Assembly: GCA_003563895.1 (NCBI GenBank)
Contig: PWTK01000058.1
Location: 1-59,601 of the forward strand
Direction of reading: 5' to 3'
Source of the DNA: Syntrophomonadaceae bacterium
GTDB taxonomy: Bacteria; Bacillota; Dethiobacteria; DTU022; UBA8154
Length of the DNA: 59,601 nucleotides
The translations under genes and the position numbers were made by a program. The notes under the pieces were generated by a model. The model worked only from the letters and a program-made list of their open reading frames with translations, did not search any database and was not told where the DNA came from. This document shows positions 48,785 through 58,538 of this stretch, piece by piece (position 1 is the stretch's first letter; each line of letters opens with the position of its first letter).

Positions 48785-49969
48785 TTAAGGCAGGGCTTTC
48801 ACGATGGTGGCCTCTCCCTGGGCGGCACCGCTGCAAATTGCGGCCAGCCCATAGGTGCCTTCGCGCCGCCTCAGCTCGGAAATAAGGGTCATCAAAATAC
48901 GCCCGCCGCTGGCGCCGATGGGGTGACCGATGGCCACCGCACCGCCGTTCACATTCACTTTTTCTTCCGGCCAGTTGCCCAGCTTCAGGCAGGTCAAAAC
49001 GACGGCGGCGAAGGCTTCGTTCACCTCGATCAAGTCCATGTCGTCGACGGTGAACCCCGTCTTTTGAAAGGCGTGTTCGGCAGCATAATAGGGGACGGTG
49101 GAGATGTATTTCGGATCGCGTGAAGCCACTCCCTGGCCGACGATGACTGCCAGCGGCTTGACCCCCAGCTCTTCCGCTTTTTTCCTCGACATCAACACCA
49201 GGGCTGACGCCCCGTCATTCACCGGCGGTGCATTGCCTGCCGTGATGGAGCCGTCTTTTTGGAAAGCGGGAGGCAGCTTGGCCAGTTTTTCTATGGAGGT
49301 GTCTTCCCGGGGGGCTTCATCCCGGTCAAAAATAATCGGGTCGCCCTTTTTTTGGGGGATGCTTACCGGCATGATCTCTTCCTTCAGCCGCCCCTCATTA
49401 TGGGCCTTGACCGTCAGTTGGTGGGACCGGTATGCCCAGCGGTCCATTTCTTCGCGGGTAATCCCAAACTCGGTCCGGGCGACTTCGCCGTGCACCCCCA
49501 TATGCACATCATAGGTCGGACACCACAGCCCGTCCTTGACCATGGAGTCCTCCATCCTGGCATGCCCCATGCGGTAGCCTGCTCTGCCTTCGGGCACCAG
49601 GTAAGGGCAGAGGCTCATGTTTTCCATGCCCCCGGCCACCACGATTTCAGCCTCACCGGCACGAATCAGCACATCCGCGATGTTGACAGCCCTCAGGCTT
49701 GATGCACAAACCTTGTTCAGGGTGTCAGAGGGGACTTCGTAGGGAAGGCCCGCCTTTTCTGTAGCCTGTCGTGAAGGAATCTGGCCTGTCCCCGCGGGAA
49801 CCACCATGCCCATGTAAACGTAGTCCACCATATCTCCATCTATCCCCGCTCTTTTCAACGCTTCCTTGATGACCAGTGCCCCCAATTCAACCGCTGGAAT
49901 CCTGCTCAAAGCCCCCAGCATCCGCCCATAAGGTGTCCGGGCATAGCCGACAACAACCGTTTCTTCCAT
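48785..49969 (-). CDS. acetyl-CoA C-acetyltransferase (thiolase II)
   Basis: VVVGYARTPYG, active-site region NKVCASSLRAV, and C-terminal NGGAVAIGHPIGASG / CSGAAQG. ATG-49969 sits behind AAAGGAGG. Confidence 0.9.
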   Translation of the reverse strand: MEETVVVGYARTPYGRMLGALSRIPAVELGALVIKEALKRAGIDGDMVDYVYMGMVVPAGTGQIPSRQATEKAGLPYEVPSDTLNKVCASSLRAVNIADVLIRAGEAEIVVAGGMENMSLCPYLVPEGRAGYRMGHARMEDSMVKDGLWCPTYDVHMGVHGEVARTEFGITREEMDRWAYRSHQLTVKAHNEGRLKEEIMPVSIPQKKGDPIIFDRDEAPREDTSIEKLAKLPPAFQKDGSITAGNAPPVNDGASALVLMSRKKAEELGVKPLAVIVGQGVASRDPKYISTVPYYAAEHAFQKTGFTVDDMDLIEVNEAFAAVVLTCLKLGNWPEEKVNVNGGAVAIGHPIGASGGRILMTLISELRRREGTYGLAAICSGAAQGEATIVKALP

Positions 49970-50276
49970 ACCAGCGCCTCCTTTAGCCATATTTTACAAA
50001 ATCACAAAAAAAGCGAAAAAGCAAAAAACAAGCCCCGCTATCGCAGCCTGAACTTTTTTGACAACCCTTATCACCGGCAGCATCTTACCCGGTTAAGGCA
50101 CCCAGGTCATTTGCCTGAAAACAAGCGGGAAAGTGAATGTTGTCACTTTGTTGCAGCCCATGATAGTCAAAAGTCAAAGAAAAGACTCGAAGGGTGGAAG
50201 AGAGGAATTATTATGGATTGAATTATTACCATTATTAGATTATTTCTATATTGCCGGGCAAAACCCTTCCTCCGGC

Positions 50277-50310
50277 GATAAATAAAAATGCCCCGGGGAC
50301 AGCCCGGGGC
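50277..50310 (-). terminator. intrinsic terminator downstream of ACAD paralog 3 and the R1 array
   Basis: The minus strand reads GCCCCGGG-CUGUC-CCCGGGGC followed by AUUUUUAUUUAU. Confidence 0.6.
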
Positions 50311-50450
50311 AAAGGGAAAATACCGTGTGACAGAAAGGCAGCGAACATTTTGAAGAAAGCTATCAAAAGGGGGCATCAAGACGCCTTGCGGCGGAATGAC
50401 GCGGCAGCGAAAAGGCCGCTCAGGCCGCCTCCTTGTCCTTCCTTTCAATG

Positions 50451-50743
50451 CTACTTTGAAAATAAAACAATGGCGCACGAAAGTTCGCTGCCAAACGGCA
50501 ACCTAATTTTCATCCTTCTGATGGTGCCGCCACCGCAGAGGGCGGCATGGCTGTCTACTTTGAAAATAGAACATGTCGCTCAAAGGTCCGTCGCCCAAAA
50601 GTAATCGATTTTCATCCTTCTGATGATGCCCCCGTTGTGCGGGGGCATGGGGGTCTACCCTGAAAATGCAACTCCGCCGCTATGAATTTCCTTTTTGAAA
50701 AGGAACATTTTCGTCCTTCTGATGGTAAAGCGAAGCTTCATGG
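50451..50743 (-). repeat. R1 tandem array c (3 units: 50451-50552, 50553-50652, 50653-50743)
   Basis: Each unit on the plus strand is (G)TCTAC-YYTGAAAAT / 35-42-nt core / ATTTTCRTCCTTCTGATGRT / hairpin / CATGG. The hairpin stems are GCCGCC/GGCGGC, GCCCCCG/CGGGGGC and AAGC/GCTT. The array lies between the ACAD3 stop (50759) and the terminator. Confidence 0.8.
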
Positions 50744-50758
50744 ATGTTTCTGCCGGAT

Positions 50759-51922
50759 TTACGTCCTCAGGAGTTCCCTGGCAATAATCAGGCGGCGGAT
50801 CTCCGAGGTGCCGGCCCCAATCTCCCAGAGCTTGGCATCCCGCAAATGCCTCTGGATGGGGTATTCCAGCGAATAACCGTAGCCACCGAAGATCTGCACG
50901 CCGTCCAGGCAAACCTGGGTGCAGGATTCAGAAGCGTTCAAAATGGCGGCGGCGGCTATCTTGTCCAGGTCGGTGCCTTTTCCTCCGCGCTTATCGGTAA
51001 GGCCGTCCACATACCAGGCCGCGTAGTAGGTCAGCCACTTGGCCCGTTCATAGTGGCAGTACATATCGGCCAGCTTCTGCTGGATAATCTGGAATTCACC
51101 AATGGGCCTGCCAAATTGGTACCTTTCCCTGGCATATTTTACGCTGAGATCCATGGCTGCCCGCATGGTGCCCAGGGCACAGGCGGAAAGGACGATCCTT
51201 TCCGTGCAGAGCCCCGAGGTCAAAACATGGACGCCCTTGTTTTCTTCTCCAACCATCTGGCTCGCCGGGACCCTCATGTCGTTAAAGGCTAGCTCGCCTG
51301 TGGGTGATCCCCGCATGCCGAACTTGTCGATCTTGTTGCAGCTGTACCCCGGGGTGTCCGTCTCCACAACAAAGGCGCTGATCCCCCTGGATCCTTTTTC
51401 GGGATCGGTTTTGGCATAAAACAACAGGAGCTGCCCCACCGGCGCATTGGTGATAAAAGTTTTGCTGCCGTTAACCACGTATTCGTCCCCGTCTTTGACC
51501 GCCGTCGTCCGCATGGCCATGGCGTCGGAACCCGCATCGGGCTCCGTGATGCCCAGGCAGCCGATCATATCGCCGCTCACGAGCTTGGGGAGGTATTTAT
51601 CTTTTATCTCCTTCGAAGCATTGCTCTGGATGTTGTCCGCACAGAGGATGAGGTGCGCCCCCCAGGTCATGGACAGGGCTGAAGAGACCCGGCCCAGGTT
51701 TTCAGCCACGAGGCAGGCCTCGGTGTAACCCAGTCCCGCACCTTCGTATTCCTCGTCGATGGTGATGCCGTTCAGGTCCAGCTTGGCCGTTTCTTTGAAA
51801 AACCCCTCCGGAAACTTGTCCTCCTCGTCGACTTCCTGCATCTTCGGCTCGAGCCAATTAACGGCCCACTTGTACGTCGTTTCGGCCAGCATCTCCTGTT
51901 CCTGGTTGAACTTGAAATCCAT
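50759..51922 (-). CDS. acyl-CoA dehydrogenase, paralog 3 (more divergent)
   Basis: 387 aa with GITEPDAGSD and a C-terminal IGAGTSEIRRLIIAREL. Confidence 0.9.
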   Translation of the reverse strand: MDFKFNQEQEMLAETTYKWAVNWLEPKMQEVDEEDKFPEGFFKETAKLDLNGITIDEEYEGAGLGYTEACLVAENLGRVSSALSMTWGAHLILCADNIQSNASKEIKDKYLPKLVSGDMIGCLGITEPDAGSDAMAMRTTAVKDGDEYVVNGSKTFITNAPVGQLLLFYAKTDPEKGSRGISAFVVETDTPGYSCNKIDKFGMRGSPTGELAFNDMRVPASQMVGEENKGVHVLTSGLCTERIVLSACALGTMRAAMDLSVKYARERYQFGRPIGEFQIIQQKLADMYCHYERAKWLTYYAAWYVDGLTDKRGGKGTDLDKIAAAAILNASESCTQVCLDGVQIFGGYGYSLEYPIQRHLRDAKLWEIGAGTSEIRRLIIARELLRT

Positions 51923-52227
51923 GTCGCATCTTGCTCCTTTCGCCCAAGGATAGCTAACGTGTTACTGTTCGAGGGCAACATATGGTTGATTCCACTGCAA
52001 AAAAGCACTTTTTCATCCGTTGCATCATGAAAGAAAGTAAAGTAAAAGCTTTGACTTACGGTCGGAAAATAGATGCTGATATCAAACATGGTGCATTTAT
52101 AACTGCTCAGCAATTATTTTTTTATGCAACACGCCGCAAAGTAGGGGGACGGTTCTTTCGCTTTCCCATTTGGTCCTGCGCTTTGCTCCGGAAGCGCCAG
52201 AACCGTGCCTACAGCTTTGCTTACGAG

Positions 52228-52307
52228 TAGCCCTGAGCAGTAACGTGCATTTTTATCCCTATTATCCCCATGGCACCCCCGTATTGCGGGGCCGTGGGGG
52301 TCTACCC
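52228..52307 (-). repeat. degenerate/short R1-like unit
   Basis: TAGCCCTGAGCAG...TTTTTATCCCTATTATCCCCATGGCACCCCCGTATTGCGGGGCCGTGGGGGTCTACCC retains the hairpin plus the GGGGGTCTACCC junction seen at 50641-50660. Confidence 0.45.
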
Positions 52308-52407
52308 AGCAATCGAGCTTTTGCAGGAGAATCATGGTTTCATGATCTACAAGGCCAACGAAAAAAACACAAGAGCGGGGGGGCCTCTTCAGGCACCCCC
52401 CGTCTCA

Positions 52408-54102
52408 CTAAGCTTCGACTTCGTCGTGGAGGCTAAAGTCATCCAAGGCTTGGTCGCGAAGAATGTACTTCTGGATTTTACCGCTGGCCGTCATGGGATA
52501 CTCGTCCACAAACTTGATATATTTGGGGATCTTGTGACGGGCGATTTGTCCCTTACAGAATTCCTGGAACTCTTCCGTTGTCGCTTCCTGGCCCTGCTTG
52601 AGGATGATGTAGGCGGCAACCTCCTCCCCGTACTTGCGGCTGGGAACCCCGAGCACCTGCACATCGTAGACCTTGGGGTTGGTGTAGAGGAATTCTTCGA
52701 TCTCCCTCGGGTAAATGTTTTCCCCGCCGCGGATGATCATGTCCTTCAGGCGCCCCGTCACGCGGACGAAGTCCTCTTCGTCCATGTCTCCCAGGTCGCC
52801 GGAGCGCAGGAACCCGTCCTCGTAGAAAGCCTCCTCGCTCGCCTCCGGCATTTTGTAATAGCCCTTCATGTTCAGGTACCCCCGGCAGCAGATCTCACCC
52901 ACCGTGCCCCTGGGCACCTCTTTACCGGTTTCGGGGTCGCGGATCTCCACTTCCACGTGGGGCAGCGGACGGCCCACGGTGGAAGTGCGGCGCTCCAGGG
53001 TGTCCGTCGGGCGGGTCTTGGTCATCACGGGGGATGTCTCCGTCAAGCCGTAAGAGATGGTGATCTCGGGCGCCAATTTTTCATTCACCCGCTTCATAAG
53101 CTCCATGGGGCAGGTAGACCCGGCCATGATCCCGGTGCGCATGTGGGGGAAGCTGTAGCTTTCGAAGTCGGGGTGCTCCAGCTCGCCCAAAAACATGGTG
53201 GGGACCCCCTGGCAGGCGGTGGCATCGCCCTTGTCCAGCGTCTCCAGCACCCACTTGGGGTCATAATACATGACCGGCAGCATGGTAGCGCCGTGGGTCA
53301 CACAGGTGGTAATGCTCATGGTCAGGCCGAAGCAGTGGAAAAACGGCACGGGAATGGCCAGCCGTTCGGCATCGGTATAGTGTTGGGCTTCTCCCACGTA
53401 CCAGGCGTTGTTGACGACGTTGTGGTGCGACAGCATGACCCCCTTGGGGAAGCCGGTGGTGCCGGAGGTGTACTGCATGTTGAAGACGTCGTGCGGCCCG
53501 CAAGCCTTCTGGTACTTGGCCAGCTCTTCGTCGGAGACGTCTTTGCCGAACTCCAGGAACTCGTCCCAGGTAAACATGCCGGGAAATTTCTTGTCCCCGG
53601 CGAAAACGACGTTTTTCAGGAAGGGGAGCTTTTCGGAGTTGAGTTTTCCGGGCTCGGCATCTTTCAGCTCGGGAACGACATTGTATAAGTTTTCAATGTA
53701 GTTGTTGCCCTTGAATTCCTCGATCAGCACCAGGGTATTCGTGTCGGACTGTTTCAGGAGGTATTCCAGCTCGTGGGCCCGGTAGTTGGTGTTCACCGTC
53801 ACCAGGATACCGCCCATTTTAACGGTTCCGCCGTAGGTGAAAATCCAGGCGGGGATATTGGTGCCCCACATGGAGACCTTGCCTTCTTTTTGAACCCCCA
53901 GCTTGATAAGGCTCTTGGCGACCTGGTTGCAGGTGTCGCGGAACTCAATGTAGGTCCAGCTTCCCTCGATAGGGGTGACGTAGCGGATCGCTTCCTTGTC
54001 GCCGTACTCCTCCGCGCGCATGTCGATCAAATCGCCGAAGGTGACTTCGAAAAAATCGCCGTGAGTGGGTTTTTGCTGCTTTCCTACCAAAAATTCGGCC
54101 AT
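52408..54102 (-). CDS. AMP-dependent acyl-CoA synthetase/ligase (fatty-acid--CoA ligase family)
   Basis: AMP-binding signature MQYTSGTTGFPKGVMLSH, then GYGLTETS and a C-terminal GKIQK. 564 aa. Confidence 0.9.
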   Translation of the reverse strand: MAEFLVGKQQKPTHGDFFEVTFGDLIDMRAEEYGDKEAIRYVTPIEGSWTYIEFRDTCNQVAKSLIKLGVQKEGKVSMWGTNIPAWIFTYGGTVKMGGILVTVNTNYRAHELEYLLKQSDTNTLVLIEEFKGNNYIENLYNVVPELKDAEPGKLNSEKLPFLKNVVFAGDKKFPGMFTWDEFLEFGKDVSDEELAKYQKACGPHDVFNMQYTSGTTGFPKGVMLSHHNVVNNAWYVGEAQHYTDAERLAIPVPFFHCFGLTMSITTCVTHGATMLPVMYYDPKWVLETLDKGDATACQGVPTMFLGELEHPDFESYSFPHMRTGIMAGSTCPMELMKRVNEKLAPEITISYGLTETSPVMTKTRPTDTLERRTSTVGRPLPHVEVEIRDPETGKEVPRGTVGEICCRGYLNMKGYYKMPEASEEAFYEDGFLRSGDLGDMDEEDFVRVTGRLKDMIIRGGENIYPREIEEFLYTNPKVYDVQVLGVPSRKYGEEVAAYIILKQGQEATTEEFQEFCKGQIARHKIPKYIKFVDEYPMTASGKIQKYILRDQALDDFSLHDEVEA

Positions 54103-54837
54103 ACATGTCCCTCCTTAGAATTCATTGTTGACCCGCAAATAATCCAATAAAATGTGTCTTTCCCAATAAATGAAGTGCATGCCGCGTGCCCTGTCGGGCA
54201 ATCGCTTCAACAAACCCTCCTTTTCAGAAAGGGCCGGGGGCGGGGCCCCGGCCCTTTCCATTAACCCCTTCGGATTTCGACCTGTGGTGTATGAGGTGTT
54301 TGAACCGGTGTTTTCCTTTTTCTCACCCTCTTTCTTGTCACAAAAAAAGATAAATGCCTGGAACGCGATGATTTTAAACATTTCCCAACAAAACCAATAT
54401 AGCAAATGTTGCATGTTTTTTAAATATTTTTAACGCATAAACGCAGAAGCCCTCTGCACGAAAGGCATCACATTGCCCGTTTTGGCGCACGGCCGCGCCG
54501 ATGTCCCTTTGAAGAAAAATGGCCGCTGAAAAAAGAATGCCGGGTGCAATAGATGGCGCGTCGGGTCCTGAAGGCTCATGCAAGGTTCCCTGTGGTTTTC
54601 CCTGTTTCTGTCACAAGCGCTTAAATCCAGGGAGATTAGATTCAATGGTGCAGGCTGCAGCTCGTCTCAATCACTGGAATGGCACAGGTTTTGTTTTCCT
54701 GGACAAAGCTGGAGAAGGCAGAATCCCGCAGCAAATACTGCGCCGCTGAGACCGCATAAAAAGATCAACACTTCATTTAATCCATCGTCTTAATATGAAA
54801 CAGGCTCTAACAAAAACCGCCCCATGCAGCCCCGCGT

Positions 54838-55278
54838 TTAACCATCGTTCGGCTTGGGCTGCCTGAAAAGGCGGTAGTGAAGTTCTGTCAGTGCAAGCAT
54901 GGTTGCCATGGGGATGCCCAGTCCTGCAATAGGCCCCCAGAGGAGATCGCGGGAAAGGTCAAGCCCGGCCCTGTACAGCAAAAGATTGATGCCTATTCCT
55001 ACCAGAAAATAGGGGATATACAGCCTCCGTTTTTTCATGTACTTTTGCCAATGCTGCTTTTCGTCTTCCGAGGCGAAACGGAATCGCCGGATCTTGCCCT
55101 TCTCCTTGACATCCAGCGTTACTTTCTCTTCTTCTCCTGTAAGCTCTTTGCGCTCTTCAGGGGGAAGCGGCTCTATCTGATAGCTTGCCAGCTCTTCGGG
55201 ACCTTTTTCTTTTTTGACTTTTTCTTTGTCCTTTTTTTGTTTTTGGGGTTTCTTCTTGCCGCCCAAACAATTCACCAC
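54838..55278 (-). CDS. hypothetical protein: Lys/Glu-rich N-terminal region plus two C-terminal TM helices
   Basis: 146-aa ORF GGKKKPQKQKKDKEKVKKEKGPEE...YIPYFLVGIGINLLLY...GPIAGLGIPMATMLAL. I recognise no family. Confidence 0.45.
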   Translation of the reverse strand: MVNCLGGKKKPQKQKKDKEKVKKEKGPEELASYQIEPLPPEERKELTGEEEKVTLDVKEKGKIRRFRFASEDEKQHWQKYMKKRRLYIPYFLVGIGINLLLYRAGLDLSRDLLWGPIAGLGIPMATMLALTELHYRLFRQPKPNDG

Positions 55279-55650
55279 TTTCCGTAGGGTTTATGTAAGC
55301 TGGCGCGAGGTTGAGTTTTACGAACAACTGCCCGTTTCAAAGGAGCGTTTCGTATGATATTCTACGCCCATTCAAAAAATCCTTCCGAATCTCCATAAAA
55401 TCACGGGAAATTTTCTAAATATATATAATACTTTCAAGCACAAAGCCAGAAAAACCACAATCTTTTACGAAGCACCGCTTCGAAAAAGCGCTTGAGGGGA
55501 CACCCCCTCTCCGCAGCCGACCACCTCCGAAAACCCGGCGCAATATTGTGCCAGGCCCGCCGACGGCGGGATAATTGGGGTGTGGATCCGGGCTGCATCA
55601 TCCTTTCCTTTCAGTCAAGAGCAGGAACAGGAAGCCCCGTTTTGTTTTTG

Positions 55651-56931
55651 TTACACACCCCGGCTTAGAGCCCGGTGGGCGATGTCACGGCGGTAGTGCA
55701 TGTCCTCAAAAGAAATCCGTTCCGCCAGGGAGTAAGCTTTTTGGACGGCCTTTTGCAGCGACGGATCCCAGGCGGTTGCCCCCAACACCCTGCCGCCGCT
55801 GGTGATGACCTTTCCGTTCCGTAAGGCGGTGCCGGCGTGGAAAATCACCGCTTTTTCCTCTCCCGAAACCTGATCCAACCCGTGGATTTCCTTGCCTTTT
55901 TCGTAGCTGCCCGGGTACCCCCCCGACGCCAAAACCACACAGACAGCGGCATCCCCGGACCACCGCGGTTGAGAGATCGCGCCCAGGTTGCCCCGGGCTG
56001 CTTCGTACAGAAGGGGGAAGAGGTCCGTTTCCAGCCGCGGGAGAAGCACCTGTGCTTCGGGGTCGCCGAAGCGGACATTGAACTCCAGCACCTGGGGGCC
56101 TTCCTCCGTTACCATCAGCCCCCCGTATATGATGCCCCGGTAGTCGATCTCCTCCATTCGTAATGCATCAAGCAGCGGATCCAGGATGGCCCGGCAGACC
56201 TGCTCCTGGAGAGGGGGAGTCAGGATGGGCGCCGGGGAATAGCAGCCCATGCCGCCGGTATTGGGCCCGCGGTCTCCATCATAAACGGGTTTGTGGTCCT
56301 GCGCCGAGGGAAAAAGCAGATAAGAAGACCCGTCGGTCAGCGCAAAAACCGAAACCTCCTCACCCTGGATGCACTCCTCGATCACAATCATATTGCCGGC
56401 GCTGCCAAAAATTCTTTCTTCCATGCTGGCCTTTACAGCGCCGGCGGCCTGGAAATAGTCTTCGGCCACGGTGACCCCCTTGCCGGCGGCCAGGCCGTCC
56501 GCTTTAACCACCAGGGGATACGAGGCGTTTCGCAGGTATTCGTAAGCCTCCTGCGGGCTCTCGAACACTTCAAAGCCGGGGGTGGGAAGCCCATGGCGGT
56601 GCATTAATTCCTTGGCCCAGGCCTTGCTTCCTTCCAGCCGCGCCCCGAGCTTCCCGGGGCCAAAAATGAGCTGGCCTTTTTCCTGGAAAACATCCACAAT
56701 GCCTTCCATCAGGGGGGCTTCCGGCCCGACAACCGTGAGATGCAGCTCCTTCTCCCGTGCAAATTCCTGCAGCTTTTCGATATCCTCGCCCTCTATCGGC
56801 ACGCATTCCGCAACAGCCGCTATGCCGGCATTTCCCGGCGCACAGTATATTTTTTCGACTTCCGCACTTTGGGACAACTTCCAGGCCAGGGCGTGTTCTC
56901 TTCCCCCACCTCCGACAATCAAGACGCGCAA
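55651..56931 (-). CDS. purD: phosphoribosylamine--glycine ligase
   Basis: MRVLIVGGGGREHALAWKL and an ATP-grasp domain. TTG start behind GAGGAGG. 426 aa. Confidence 0.95.
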   Translation of the reverse strand: MRVLIVGGGGREHALAWKLSQSAEVEKIYCAPGNAGIAAVAECVPIEGEDIEKLQEFAREKELHLTVVGPEAPLMEGIVDVFQEKGQLIFGPGKLGARLEGSKAWAKELMHRHGLPTPGFEVFESPQEAYEYLRNASYPLVVKADGLAAGKGVTVAEDYFQAAGAVKASMEERIFGSAGNMIVIEECIQGEEVSVFALTDGSSYLLFPSAQDHKPVYDGDRGPNTGGMGCYSPAPILTPPLQEQVCRAILDPLLDALRMEEIDYRGIIYGGLMVTEEGPQVLEFNVRFGDPEAQVLLPRLETDLFPLLYEAARGNLGAISQPRWSGDAAVCVVLASGGYPGSYEKGKEIHGLDQVSGEEKAVIFHAGTALRNGKVITSGGRVLGATAWDPSLQKAVQKAYSLAERISFEDMHYRRDIAHRALSRGV

Positions 56932-56987
56932 CGCAAAAACCTCCTCACCGATTGCAGTTGTGCCGGCGATCCCGGCAGCCGCGGCTT

Positions 56988-58538
56988 TTAGTGTTTAAAA
57001 TATCTTCTGCCGGTAAAGAGCATGGAGATATTATAATTCTCGCACAGCTCTATCGATTCCTCGTCGCGGTTTGATCCTCCCGGCTGAACAATAGCGGTTA
57101 CTCCCTGCGCAGCGGCCAGCTCCACGGCGTCCTTGAACGGAAAAAAGGCGTCGGAAGCCATCACGCTTCCCCTGGCATTTTCCCCGGCCTGCTCGAGAGC
57201 GATACGGGTGGCACCCACCCTGCTCATCTGGCCGGCACCGATGCCCAGGGTCTGCTGCCTTTTGCTGATGACGATGGCGTTGGAATTCACACTTTTTACC
57301 ACCCTCAGGGAAAAGAGCAGATCCTTCATCTCCATTTCGGTGGGTTTCCTGCCGGTAACCAGCTTCCAGTTGGCGGGATCGTAATCCTCCTTCAAGCTTT
57401 CCTGGACCAGCAGGCCACCGCCGATCTTTTTGAAATCGAGCTCTTTTTCGGCCGAACCCGCTTCCTCCAGGCCTATTTCCAGCAGGCGCAGATCCTTCCG
57501 GAAAGAGAGAATATCGAGGGCAGGAGGCGAAAAAGCGGGAGCAGCAATGGCTTCCAGAAATATTCGGTTCAACAACCTGGCCGTTTCTTCATCTACCTGG
57601 CGATTGAGGGCTACAATACCCCCAAATATGGATACGGGGTCTGCATCATGAGCCTTTCGGTAGGCTTCAAAAAGCTGAAGATCCGACCCCACGCCGCACG
57701 GGTTGGCATGCTTCATCGCAACCGCCGTCGGATCCGAAAATTCTTTTACCAGCTCCCAGGCCGCGTGCAGGTCATTAAGATTGTTAAAGGAAAGTTCTTT
57801 CCCCCTCAGTTTCCGAGCCGCCGCCACAGCCGAAGGTTTGGGAAGAGGTTCGCGGTAAAAGGCGGCTTTCTGGTGCGGGTTTTCCCCGTAGCGGAGTTCC
57901 TGCGCCTTGGTATAAGGCAGCGTCAAGTTGGTGGGGAAAAGATCTTTTTCCTCCCCGTCCTGCTGATGCAAATAATTGCTGATGATGCTGTCGTAATAAG
58001 CCGTATGAGAAAAGGCCTCGGCGGAGAGTTTATAGCGCATCGAGGGGGAGGGTTCGCCCCCGCGCAACTCTTCGATTATCGCGCTGTAACGGTCCGGATT
58101 GACCACCACGATTACGTTATGGTAATTCTTGGCGGCCGCCCTCACCATCGCCGGGCCGCCGATATCAATGTTTTCATACGCCTCCTCCAGGGTCGTGCTC
58201 TCTTTTGAAATCACGTCGGCGAACGGATAGAGGTTGACCGCAACCAGATCGATCGCTTCGATGCCGTGTTCCCGCATCTGCTCCTGGTGCAGAGAAGAAT
58301 CCCTTTTGCCGAGTATGGCACCGTGGACCCGGGGGTGGAGGGTTTTTACCCGGCCTTCCAGTATTTCGGGGAAACCGGTGTAATCCCCGACGTCGCGCAC
58401 TTGTATCCCTTCTTCCCGGAGGACAAGAGCAGTCCCCCCGGTAGAAAGAATCTCCCATCCCATGGTCTCCAGTTCCCGGGCAAAAGAAACAACGCCCGTC
58501 TTGTTTGAAACGCTGATCAAAGCTCTCTTACCTTTCAT
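56988..58538 (-). CDS. purH: bifunctional AICAR transformylase / IMP cyclohydrolase
   Basis: KRALISVSNKTG..., an MGS-like domain and an AICARFT domain ending in FTGRRYFKH. The probable start is ATG-58538; the ORF track extends to 58562. Confidence 0.95.
   Translation of the reverse strand: MKGKRALISVSNKTGVVSFARELETMGWEILSTGGTALVLREEGIQVRDVGDYTGFPEILEGRVKTLHPRVHGAILGKRDSSLHQEQMREHGIEAIDLVAVNLYPFADVISKESTTLEEAYENIDIGGPAMVRAAAKNYHNVIVVVNPDRYSAIIEELRGGEPSPSMRYKLSAEAFSHTAYYDSIISNYLHQQDGEEKDLFPTNLTLPYTKAQELRYGENPHQKAAFYREPLPKPSAVAAARKLRGKELSFNNLNDLHAAWELVKEFSDPTAVAMKHANPCGVGSDLQLFEAYRKAHDADPVSIFGGIVALNRQVDEETARLLNRIFLEAIAAPAFSPPALDILSFRKDLRLLEIGLEEAGSAEKELDFKKIGGGLLVQESLKEDYDPANWKLVTGRKPTEMEMKDLLFSLRVVKSVNSNAIVISKRQQTLGIGAGQMSRVGATRIALEQAGENARGSVMASDAFFPFKDAVELAAAQGVTAIVQPGGSNRDEESIELCENYNISMLFTGRRYFKH

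Noticed and set aside
50553-50660. R1 considered as a hammerhead ribozyme because of CTGATGA followed by a hairpin, plus nearby TGAAAAT and GTC
   Set aside because: The hairpin is followed by UGG(G/C)..GUCUAC rather than the obligatory GAAA. The 'core' also varies at invariant positions between copies (CUGAUGG, CAGAUGG), so no hammerhead three-way junction can be drawn. I also could not fit C/D-box or k-turn rules.
50451-50743. R1 arrays considered as a CRISPR array with long repeats and ~35-nt spacers
   Set aside because: The unit length is about 100 nt. The 'spacer' cores are homologous to each other and recur in the second array and in singletons. No cas genes or leader are present, and singletons occur in 3' UTRs.
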